A stretch of 64,000 bases of DNA from Salpingoeca rosetta (Eukaryota > Protista > Choanoflagellata), in contig JAWQFM010000011.1 in assembly GCA_033442325.1 (NCBI GenBank), forward strand, positions 619,474-683,473, in the 5' to 3' direction. The notes beneath the pieces were generated by a model, which saw only the letters and a list, made by a program, of their open reading frames with translations, searched no databases and had not been told where the DNA came from. A program made the translations under genes and the position numbers. The stretch's first letter is position 1, and every line of letters starts with the position of its first letter. Positions 31,942 through 44,196 of this stretch are shown one piece after another.

Positions 31942-32853
31942 GCCGACACACACGGCAGTACGTTACCCCGCCCACGGTGACTCACCCCTGTCCATGAGGT
32001 CATCTTCGCTGGAGGAGGCGGAGGGCGCCTGCTGCCACGACGACACCACGTCCAACACGGCCTTCTCCTTCTGCCGCTGCCGCAGCGCTTCCACCAGATC
32101 CGCCTCGCGCATGCGCAGACGCTGCAGCCGCTGTTGCTGCTCACGTAGGGCCGCCTGTTGGTCATGGTGGTGGTGGTGGTGGTTAGGCAGAGCGTGACGG
32201 GGTGAAGGGGGGGGGGGCGTGTGATGACGTGGAGGGCTGTGAGTGAAGTTGTTGTGACGGTCACGGTGGTTAAGAGCGTCGTGGCGGTGGTGATGATGAT
32301 GGTGGTGGTGGTGGTGTGACAGGAAGCAAGGGACGTGCAAATCAATGGCAGTGGCGCTGACCTGCGCCTGGACTTTCTTCTTGTGCAGAACAAGTCGTTT
32401 GTAGTCGGAGGAGAACCGAACGACGAGGGTGATGGTGCCTTCGTTGGCGTTGATGTGCTTCAGCACGTCGGCCACCCCACATTCGGTGCATTTCGCCCCA
32501 TCAACCTCCAGCACCTCGTCCCCTGGCACAGCAAAGGCACATGTAAGGGCGTGCGAGTGTGTATGCAGGTCAACATCACGACCAAGCGTGCAATGAACAA
32601 ACCTCCAAGCAAACAGGCGAGCAAGTAAGCAAACATGGAGAAGAGCCAATGACGTGCAGGAGCTTGTAATATATGTGTGTGTTTGTGTTTGTGTGTGTGT
32701 GCATGCGTACCAACTCGGACGCCTGCTTTGTCGGCGACGCTGTTGTCCTCGACCGCTGACACGAACGTGGCCGTTTTCGGCACCGCGGGCTGGTGGAGTG
32801 GAGCAGAGGTGGTGGTGGTGGTGGTGGTAGAATGGCAGCATGCACGTGAGAAC

Positions 32854-32922
<69 letters not shown>

Positions 32923-34195
32923 GTGTGTGTGTGTGCTGACCTGTGGGATGCGGCCGCGTGTGTTGCGCTGCGGGACGAGGAGCGTTGTCAGGTCCGCCCC
33001 AAGTGGCATGCCGGGCTCCGTGCGCACGAGGAAGAGCGTGCGTGTCGGCATTGCTGACGCGTGTACCTCACGGCGGCGGCGGGTCGTCTGCCGCCTGTGT
33101 TGTGTTTTTTTTTTTTTTTTTTTTTGGGGGGGGGGCAGTGAAGTGGAGGGGTGGGAAGAGATGTGAGAAGTGGTGGTGGTGAATACTACTAATGGTGGTG
33201 GTGGTCATGTTAGTGCTGGCAACAGAGATGCTTCTGGCTGGCAGGAATGTCATGTAATTGGTGGGGAGGGGAGAGAAATGGCACGTGGGTGACAGTGGGA
33301 GAAGTGGTTTGGTGCTTACCGGTGCCAGCGAACAGAGAGCGAGTGGTGGTTGCGCATATTCCCCACTGCCGCTCTATAGCAGCGCGATTTGTAGGGAGAC
33401 GGGGAGGGGGAGGCGACAAGCGGGAAGTGGGTGAGTCACACGTGTTTAGTAATACCGCTTTGCAAGTGCGGACATGCACACATACAGACACGCAGATACA
33501 CGCACACACACGCACACGCACACACACACACAGGTACACACAGACACACAAGATACAAGACAGACACACACGCAGACACAGACACAATCAGGACGCACGG
33601 CTTGATGGAGCTGTCGAGGGACATGGCGCGATCAGACCGCTGCTGCTCCGAGCCGGCAACGCCGTCAGATGTCAGCATGTCCAACACGGTGGACGGTGCA
33701 TCGTTGTCGCCGCCACCGCCGCTCTTGTCGTTGTTTGATGGCTCAGTTGCAGTTGCTGCGGCCTGGTCTGCTTGGTCTGCCTGGCTGTCCTCTGGCAACT
33801 GCGGCAGCGCTGCGCCATTGGTGCTGTTCTCGGCGGCCTCGTCCATGGCGTCCAACTCGGCATCCGGTGCCCACGCCTCCGCGTCCTCCTTGTGTTCCGT
33901 TGCCGCAAGATCTGCAAACGCCATGCGACACACGAGCACATTCTCGCGATCCTCCAGCTCCTGCTTCTTGGCGCGAAACCGCGACAGCTCGCTCTATGCA
34001 ACGAACGGCGAGGGGAGGTCAACTACGTGAGGTCCATTCGAAAGGTGTGATTGTACAACGGGGAGAGGCGCTGAGGCGCCCCGCGTGAACGCAATCTCAT
34101 GCCCATATATCAGGCAAGGTGAAACGACCAAACATACCCGCAGATACTGCAGGCGATCGAAGCTGGCCCGGGCTTGAGGATGGCTCTGTCACCAT

Positions 34196-34259
<64 letters not shown>

Positions 34260-34805
34260 GCACAGTGAGCGCTGACAAAGTGCATGACCAAACAACCCTG
34301 CAAAGTAGCGCATAGAAGACATACCGCGAGGCGTTCATTCAAACACCACAGCACTTACCGGCAGCGACTTGTCATCACTCCATGCTTCTGTTCAACCCAA
34401 CACACACCAGCATGCAGTGATGGCAAGGTCTGGTCAGCATCCACGCACATATGTACGCACGCACACACAAACACACACACACTCTGTGTGTGTCTCTCGT
34501 ACACGTACACACACGTACATGCACGCACACAAACACACACATGCGCGCACACGAACACACACACACACACATGCGCGCACACGAACACACACACACACAC
34601 ACGCACACACACACACGAACACACACACACGAACACACACACACGAACACATGCAGGAACACCACCCCACAAAACACGACTCACCGCGTTTCACTTTGAC
34701 AGGTACACTGAGGGTGCCCACCCTCTTGACTTCTGGCTGCTGCGTCTTGACATCCTTTGCTCGCGTGAACGTGCGACGCAACTTCTGCAGCGGCCGGTCC
34801 CCCAT
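30227..34805 (-). CDS. PDZ + coiled-coil scaffold, GRASP/tamalin/CYTIP-like; flanking exons approximate
   Basis: [19 protein letters not shown]|[34 protein letters not shown]|[21 protein letters not shown] is a PDZ directly followed by a heptad zipper; low-complexity last exon. Confidence 0.72.
31018..31139. repeat. Intronic tandem repeat, 3 copies of (GGT)n-ATTGAGTAGGTGCGGTGGG (39-42 bp)
   Basis: Read directly. Confidence 0.9.
34195..34258. repeat. (TTG)n microsatellite
   Basis: Read directly. Confidence 0.93.
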
Positions 34806-35246
34806 GGCGGTGTCAGATTGACGTGAAGAGAGCGCAGACGGCAAACAAGTGAACGAGACAGCAAGCGAGCGAGCGAGAGCGCGCGGGTGGTGCACACACA
34901 GGCAGGTGGGTGGTGGTGGGAAGAAAGGACAAGCGAACGACGCGACGACAGCAAGGCACAACACCGTCGAATAGTGGCTGTAGATATACCACAATTTTCT
35001 TCACTGCCTGTTTTGCGAAGCGCGAACCGCAGCCGTGCACCAACCAACCAACCGAGGACAGCAGAGACGCACTCTGTCCACCAACGAACGAACAAACGAG
35101 CTACACCAAGCCACCACCCAGTCAGGCCTTTCCCTGCTACTCTTGTTCTTGTTCTTGTTCTTGTTCTGGGTTCTGGGTTCTGGGTTGTCTTTCTGGTTCT
35201 TGTTCTGTTGTTCTTGGGCGAGCGCACGTCTCTGTGTTGCATCAAC

Positions 35247-36072
35247 ATGCCATACCAAAAGCGTGGCGGTGGCCGTGGAGGCGGGGATGGAAGGCAGCAA
35301 CAGCAGAAGCAGGATTCACAGCACCTCGGAGATGGCTTCGACCAGGGACCCGGCCCGCATGGCGGGCACGGCGGCGGTGGCCGATCTGGTGGCCACTTGA
35401 GCGAGCAAGCGCTAATCACGCTCATTCAAGACATCCAAGACTTGCGCAAGCGCGAAGACGCCATGGCCACCTTGAGGTATGTGGTATCAGGCGAGGTGGC
35501 GCGCGAAGGGACGGCTCATGCTGTACTTGTGGCTGTCCACGTATGATATGTGCTTGTTTGTTCTCTTGCTTGTGTGTGTGTGTGTGGTTGTTTGTCTCTT
35601 GCTTGTGTGTGCGCTTGTTTGTGCGTGCGTGTGTGACGTTTTTCGTCTTTGTATGAAGGTGTGTAGACGTGCATTTCTTCCAATACGGCCACTGCGCTTT
35701 TCCGGGTTCGCATCTGCTTGGTAACGTCTCGGCTCACACACCTATGAACATGTGGGTGACGCGCGTGTGTGGTTTGTGTGCTCTCGTTCAGCAAACACCG
35801 CGACTCTGTGAAGAAGCTTGCGGTGCTGCTGTGGCACTCGTTTGGCATTATTCCCATCCTGGTGGACGAAGTCATCTCTGTGTACGAGCACCTGTGCCCC
35901 GAAGAAGGGTTGCAGGTGCGTGAATGAATGCCTTGCATTGATGGCACTTATCACAGTGACAGCAGCAAGCACCACACAAGTGTGCTTGCACTTGCGTGCG
36001 TGTTTTCTGAACGCATACGGCTCCCGTCCCATCCCGCCCTCGCTTCATCTTGCTGCCCCTCTTGTCACTGTC

Positions 36073-36160
<88 letters not shown>

Positions 36161-37214
36161 GCACGCACACCACGTGCGTGCCCTGTCAGATCTGATTACG
36201 CACGCACACCACGTGCTTGCGGTGTCCAACCCGCGTGTGCAATGCGCTCGCACTCCTGCAGTGCACCGCCTCCAGTCCCCGAGACCCGCACTCCTGCAGT
36301 GCACCGCCTCCAGTCCCGAGACCCGCGGCCTTTTCCTTGCCGGTGAGCGTGCCATGCGCATGCCATGCCTCGTGTCTCCTTTTGAGCGCGGCGTCGTCGC
36401 AACTGCTTGCACTTGGTTGCGTGCGTGTGTGTTCTTCAGCTATGCTTTCAGGCATTATTGGCTCTTGCCACCAACATTCCGCGCGAACGCACGCACGGTC
36501 ACCCGCACGCACGCTGACACACTCCCACGCTTCCAAACATGTGCTCCCCCCCCCACTGCACAGCGCAACTGNNNNNNNNNNNNNNNNNNNNNNNNNNNNN
36601 NNNNNNNNNNNNNNNNNNNNNNNNNNNNNNNNNNNNNNNNNNNNNNNNNNNNNNNNNNNNNNNNNNNNNNNNNNNNNNNNNNNNNNNNNNNNNNNNNNNN
36701 NNNNNNNNNNNNNNNNNNNNNNNNNNNNNNNNNNNNNNNNNNNNNNNNNNNNNNNNNNNNNNNNNNNNNNNNNNNNNNNNNNNNNNNNNNNNNNNNNNNN
36801 NNNNNNNNNNNNNNNNNNNNNNNNNNNNNNNNNNNNNNNNNNNNNNNNNNNNNNNNNNNNNNNNNNNNNNNNNNNNNNNNNNNNNNNNNNNNNNNNNNNN
36901 NNNNNNNNNNNNNNNNNNNNNNNNNNNNNNNNNNNNNNNNNNCTCACGCGTGGACAACGAACCGTCCTCGCGCTTACCATGATTAATACCACACAACAAC
37001 ACACCACCACCACACCACCTTCTTCATCACGATTGCGCCATGCAGAGCCCGATGGTGCACGCGTTGGCACAGAGCCCCTCTGGTCGCCTCCTCAAGCACG
37101 TTGTCCGCTGCTACCACCGCCTCTCAGACAACCCAAGGTGTGACAAATGGATTTTTTTTTCGCGCACGTGTGTGTGTGTGTGTGTATATATGTGTGCTTA
37201 TATGTGTGACACAG

Positions 37215-37262
<48 letters not shown>

Positions 37263-37814
37263 TGTGTGTGTGTGTGTGTGTGGGTGTGTGTGTGGGTGTG
37301 TGTGGGTGTGGGTTTGTGTGCGATTAGTGATATGCTCTACACAGGCACAGCCAAAATCAGACACCAACACCGCCTGCGAAGTACATCTCTCCTCACCCAT
37401 ACTTCAACATCCACCGCCGCCACCGTCAACCACAGGGCGCGGGATGCGCTGCGCTCGTGTCTGCCCGACAAGCTCAGGGACGGGACCATCGAGAACACAC
37501 TCAGGGTGAGCTCCCCTGCGTGACGTGTGCGTGTATGTCTGCGGGTGACTGTTCTGTGTCACTTCTTTGCTCGTGTGCGCGCGTACACTGCACAATAGCC
37601 AGCCAAGTACGAACGCCCTCTTCTTCCCCAAGGCGCCCTCACCCACCCCCACCCCCACTTTGATGTTTTCCAAATGCCGTTGCTTGTCCCTCGCGATCAG
37701 TCCCAGAAGGATGAGCAGACGCTGGCTTTTCTGCAGAAGTTGCTTGTGAACCTTGGGCTTGCCAGCCCCTCAACGGTGCCCGCCCTCCCAACGCAGCAGC
37801 AACAGGCCCAGTAG
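35247..37814 (+). CDS. CNOT9: CCR4-NOT subunit 9 (RCD1/CAF40); middle exon(s) fall in the N-gap
   Basis: [29 protein letters not shown], (R)[56 protein letters not shown]. Confidence 0.9.
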
Positions 37815-38923
37815 AGTCGGGCATGAGTATGATCGAAGACAGTGAACTCGGTACACCTAGCAGCCCGTCAGCAGCATCCCTTCTTCCCCTTCCCTGTTCC
37901 TTCCTCCCCCCCTTCCCCTCTCTCTTCCTTCCTTCCTCCCTTCCTTGTTTCAACCACTTGTACTATGGGTTTGAGGCTTCCTTCTCCACCAGTAGTGCCT
38001 CTTCCACCCCTTGCACAACCAAACACACCCAATCCAGCGCCATTGACAGGAATAATGATCTCTCTCTTTTTGCTATGGTTTGAACGCAGCTTGTATGAAA
38101 AACGGTCTCTCTTCTCTTCCGTGTTTCCTGTCGTTGCTGATGCAACTTGTGTGTGTGTTTCATCTCTGTCCGTGTCCTTCTATCGGACTGCAGCTGCCAC
38201 GTACACTTCTTCACCACTCTTTTCCTTCTCTTCCCCTCTCGGTTTTGCCTCCCCCCCTCTCTCTTTCCTCTTTCCCTCTTCGTCTATTGTTGCTTCGCTT
38301 TGTAATGGGATTACACTAATTTGTCGCAGCGGTATGCTGCATCCATGCCGGTGCCCGCGCTGCTTGCATGCAACCCTGCTGCCTCCAGGCAGCGCTGTTA
38401 CCACCACATTGCCCGCTCGCTTGCATGGGCGTGTGTGTGTGTCTGCTGCGTATTTGTGCCTGTGTATGTATGTGTCTACAAATGTCTGCACCTGTTTCTG
38501 TGTGTATGTCTTGTTCTCTTTGCCCTGTTGTTGTCCCCTTTGCTGTGGCCCTGGCTCGTTCCCCGCCACAAGGGCCACCTCCCTCCCGCTGCCTTCCAGC
38601 GTGCTAACGATGGCTGCATGCACTCACACGCCGTGCGCGCGCGTGTGTGTGCGTGTGTGTGTGCCTTCGTGGTTTGAGGGGGACTTTGTTATTGGTCGTT
38701 GCCAATAAAGCAAACATAACGTCGTGTGATGGGACACACGTCGCGGTTGCGTCGGGCACATCCGTGCTTATGTGTGTGTGTGTGTGTGTGTGTGTGGGGG
38801 TGTGTGTGTGTGTGTGTGTGTGTGTCAAGTAGGGGGGGGGGAGGCATGGATAACGTGCGACGTACGCAATGCTTGTTAAGTGGGTGAGTGTGAGTGAGTG
38901 TGAGTGAGTGAGTGTGTCCGCAT

Positions 38924-41017
38924 TCAGGAGATGAGGACGGCAGCAGAGGCATAACTGACGCTGCTGTCACGGGTGGACTTGCACGGGTTGGACTGGGCAT
39001 AGTGCAGGAACTTGACCTCCTTCTGGCGATCCTTGAGCACTTGCAGCGCCTGACGAAGAAGATCAGGCAAGGTGGCAGCGACGTGGTGTGAGCTGCACTC
39101 ACACACACACACACACGCATCGATGCAAAGCAACAGGATCAAGCAACAGGCAAAGATGCACCGGGAGGACACAAGAGGGGCGGGGTGGGCAACAGAGCAG
39201 TCGTGCTTTGTCATACGCACATCACACCGCACGCAGCACAGCACAACATACGTTGAGGAGGATGGAGATTGGGTTACGGCCACAAATGGTGTTCTCGCAC
39301 TCCTGGAGGTATGCGCGGAACCCCTTGGCGTCCTGCTTCTCGATAATGTCCATCCCCTGAGCATGGGCAGTGGCGACGTGGAAAAGGACCAGCAACAGTG
39401 CGCATGAGACTCATCGCACATGCTTTGCACGCATGTGCGCATACTTTGACACACACACACACTCTCTCTCTCTCTCATTGGTACGCACAGACACACAGAC
39501 ACACACAGACACACACAGACACACACAGACACACACGCACGCACAAACTCGCCTGCTTGTCGAGGTGCTCGATGCCCTTGTAAATGGCGTCGTGCCCCGG
39601 CGGTACATATGTGTAGCCGAAGCGGCGGCCCCAGTGACAAAAGTCGGAGCTGATGACAAAGAGGTTGCTTGGATCCTCCAGATACGGTGCAAAGATCTTG
39701 CCGTACTCTTGCTCGAGCTTGCTGTCCAGGGCGCCAACAAGCACGGGCACAACCGTAAAGTCCTTGCCCTCCATCACCTGCGCATGAGAGAGAGAGAGAG
39801 TGTGTGTGTGTGTGTGTGCATACGTGTGTGTGTGTTCGGTTGCACTGTGTTGCGAGATGGTGTGTCACGCAGCTTTGAGGCACTCATGTGCACGCACACA
39901 GAAACACACGCATCCATGCCCTCATGCACGACCACAACCACAGCACCTTGGCAACGTATGGCAGGTGCATCTCAATGCTGTGCTCATCCTCATCAGTTTG
40001 AATGTCCATCTGCAAGGGGACAAGACAAGGAAGGAGCATCAGCAACTGCAAGCACACTGGAAGAGAGCACACGCACCATCAAGAACACACACGCACACGC
40101 GCAAACACCCACACCTACACATGGCGATACAGCCTGCAGCAGCTACACGCGTACGTGTTCAAACTGGCCGGTTGCCTCGAGGTCTTTGTTTGTGTCCCTG
40201 TCAATCTTGAGGTTGCCGATGGGCGTGTCGTATGTTGTGGTCGACGTCAGTGCACAGCCTTGGATGTACACATGATGCGACGGCCCGAGCACGAACACCC
40301 GGCGCACATTGTCTGGGACAATCTGCGTGCATGTCATGTGTGCATGCATCAGTGAGCGCACGTGATTGGTTCAGCGCGCAAGTGAGCGTCAGAAGAGGAG
40401 GCGGGATTATCCGCGAATGTGTCACAACGAGAACAGGGACAAAACTCGACTGTTTCCAAACCCTTGAGGTACGCGCCATGAACACTGCAGACAAGCAAAG
40501 CCGCTTTCAGGCACAAAGTGACTTATTCACCCAAGCACACACACACACACACTCTCTCTCTCACCCATGCACTCACGCAAGCCCAAGCACACACACACAC
40601 ACACACACCTGTTTGTAGGCGTAGGCTGCTGTTGGGCCGGAATAGGAGTAGCCGGCGTGAGGGGCGATGATGGCACGAGCGCCAGGCATGATGGCTTCTC
40701 CAACTTTTCCAAGCCAAGCGTCCAGTTGTCCAGACAGCTCTTTGCCTATCCTCCACCAACCGATCACCACATGAGTACAAGCGCAGCAATCACCCCCGTG
40801 AACGCACGGCTCATGTCCCAAATACAAACAAACGCAACAGTCGCAACAAACGAAGTGGCCACCAAACACAAACACAGCAATTGCCAACAAACCTCCACAC
40901 AACGACACCGTGCCACACATGCATTCAAAGGTACCACAGGTGAGAGGCCATGCATGTGCACATACCATCGTCTGTGTACCAGCTCCCAGCGTGCGTGGCA
41001 CGGCGGTGCGCGCTCAT
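38924..41017 (-). CDS. MEMO1: MEMO1 (AmmeMemo family)
   Basis: [74 protein letters not shown]. Confidence 0.95.
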
Positions 41018-41440
41018 CTTCGTGTGGTTGATGGTCTGGATTGGTCGGTTGGTTGGTGCGATTGCTTCTGGCGGCTGCTGCTGGTGATTGTTGGGTGTGT
41101 CAGCAAGTTCTTGATGTAGATAATTGAACAAAGACTTCATTGGAAATTCAAGCCAAACAAGAGGAAGGAGGACACCCGAATCGTCATCATGCCATGCAAG
41201 AGTGACGCCACAGCGTGTGTAACAGAACCACGAACCACAACAACCATCTCAAGAACGCCCGTTCACTCCACTGGCCACTGGTGGCTGTGAGCTTCCACAA
41301 CACGTAACCTATGCACACACACACACACACACCCGCCCCCGAAAACGTGTGCCACGCATGAAGGTGTACATTCATTTTCCCCACGTGCTGATGTGATACG
41401 GCCTTTCAAAGGAAGAAGGGAGCAACCCTTGCCAGCCAGC

Positions 41441-42489
41441 ATGAGTGACAAAGGTGAGTCAGGCAGTGCCACTGGCCTCAAGGTCGTGTTTTCGTGCATG
41501 TGCGTGCGTTTTGGTGCGTCTGTCTGAGCGGTGGAAATGCGATCGAGTTAAGTAAGAGAGGAGAGGCGGTGGGTTCGACTGCTTTTCATGATGCCCAAAC
41601 CACTGTGCGTCTGCGCAGACGCACGTGACGCTGAAGTCTCGCAGGTCCACGAGGACGACAGCAACAACGATGACTCCCAACAAGCACCGACTATGAAGCC
41701 CGTGGGCTACTTTGAGCTGTACCGTTTCGCTGACGCACTCGTGAGTCCACAACCCAAACCCTGTATGTGTGTATGTGTGTGTGTGTGTGTGGTTGGTGGA
41801 AGGCCCGTGACGTGATGCTCAATCAACTGGCTCGCTGGCTCACTTCCACTGGCATTGCTCGCTTACCACTCGTTAGGACTGGGTTTTCATCGTCGTTGGA
41901 TCCATTTGCGCACTCGTCCATGGCAGCCTCACCCCAGCATTTGTCGTGTTTTTTGGAGACGTACGTGCAGGGGTCGTGAGAGAGGACCAGTGCAAGCCCA
42001 GTTTCCTGAAACCACACACACGCACAAGGTTGTGCGCAAAACGCGCATGATCGAAACGCGCACTAACAAAGCATCACACACGGTCATCAAAACAAACATA
42101 CTGCACATGCGCAGGTCATTGACAGCTTCAGCGCCACCGCAGACCAGAGTAAGCTACTGGACAGCGTGGCAGACGCCAGTGTGATCATCATGTACTTGTC
42201 CTGCGGAGCTGCTGTGACCTCGTACGTGCAAGTGGCGGCGTTCACGCTGGCCGCTGAGCGCCAGAGCCTGCGCATCCGCAAGCTGTACTTCAAGGCCCTC
42301 GTGCGCCAGGAGATGGCCTGGTACGACCAGCAGAAGACCGGCGCCCTCTCCTCCCGCATCTCCAGCGACGTTCCCCAGATCCAAGAGGCGCTCGGCGACA
42401 AGGTCGCCAGCTTCCTCCAGTTCCTCGGCATGTTCCTCGGTAAGCAACGCGCTGTGCTTGCGTGCTTGCGGTGTGTGTGTGTGTGTGTC

Positions 42490-42559
<70 letters not shown>

Positions 42560-44161
42560 CGTGTGTGTGTGTGTGTGCTTGCGGTGTGTCTGCGTGTTTG
42601 TACGTGTGTGTGTCTCGCGCTTGATCGTGCATTCAGCTCACCTCACCTTATGACACCTCCCCCCTCTCCTCCCTCTCCTCCCTCTCCTTCCTCTCCTCCC
42701 CCTCCCTCTCTTTCGTCTGCAGCTGGATACGTTGTAGGCTTTGTGTATGGCTGGAAACTGACGCTGGTCACCACGGGCATGGTCCCTCTCATCGCCATTG
42801 GTGCGTGCGTGTGTATGTGCGTATGTATCTGCTGTTGTATGTACATGTGTGTGTGTGTGTGTGCGTGATCCCTTCATCACAGCATTCCATCGCATCGCCA
42901 TTGCATTGCTCTGTTCTGTTTTCGTCTCCTCCGCGCTATTCATGCCACTCACGCTGCCACCACCACCATCACCACCACCATCACAACCCACAGGCTCGGC
43001 AATCATGGGCAAGTACATTGCACAGGCGTCCTCGGGCGGGCAGGGCTTCTACGCAGCGGCGGGCAGCGTTGCAGACGAAGTGATTCGCATGATCCGCACC
43101 GTCATTGCCTTTGACACGCAGGACCGCGAGGTGGAGCGCTACCACAAGGAGCTCGAGGGCGCATGCAAGGCCGGCGAGCGCGGTGGTCTCATCCAGGGCT
43201 GTGGTGCGTTGCCTGAGATTGGGGGGGGGGGTTTGTGGGAGTGCATGAGAGAAAGAGAGTGTGTGTGTGCGTGTGTGTGTGTGCCATGCAGTGAGCATCT
43301 GTATCGTTTCTTCCTCTCCTGTCCTCACACGACCACCATCACAATCACCACTCACTCCCGACAACATCCTTCCTCGTCATCAACAAAACCACGGCAGGGG
43401 TGGGCTTCACGCTGATGCTCACCTTCCTCACCTACGCGGTGGCGTTCTGGTTTGGGTCCTACCTTGTTGGGGAGGAGGAGCTGACAACTGGGCAGGTGTT
43501 GACGGTGTTCTTCTCAGTCATCATCGCAGCCACATCGATTGGCCAGGCAACGCCCAACATCAAGGTGATGGCTGCTGGCCGCGGTGCTGCGCGCGCCATC
43601 TTCGACATCATTGACCGCCCGTCCGAGATTGACTCGCTGTCCGAGGAAGGCACTGTGCCCTCCAAACTCACGGGCCACATCCGCTTCAAGGACGTCGACT
43701 TCACCTACCCGACCCGCCCTGACGAGCAGATCCTGCACAAGCTCAACATCGAGGTGAAGCCGCAGGAGACGGTGGCGCTGGTCGGCGCGTCCGGCTGCGG
43801 AAAGTCCACGACCGTCGCCATGCTGGAGCGCTTCTACGACCCGACGGCAGGCAGCATTGAGCTCGACGGAACAGACATCCGCAAGCTCAACATCCAGTGG
43901 CTGCGGTCACAGATTGGCCTGGTGAGCCAGACCCCGGTGCTGTTCCCCACCACCATCGCAGACAACATTGCGCTTGGCAAGGACGATGCAACAGAGCACG
44001 AGGTCCACAGCGCCGCAAGGTGAGGTGGGCAGGGCAGGGCGGGTGTGTTTGTTTTGTTGCTTGTGTTGGGGAGGGGGAGGGAGGGAGGACGCGCGAGTGG
44101 ATGTGTGACGGTTTGTGTGTGTGTGTGTGTGCGTGTGTGTGTGTGTGTGTGCGTGTGCGTG

Positions 44162-44196
<35 letters not shown>

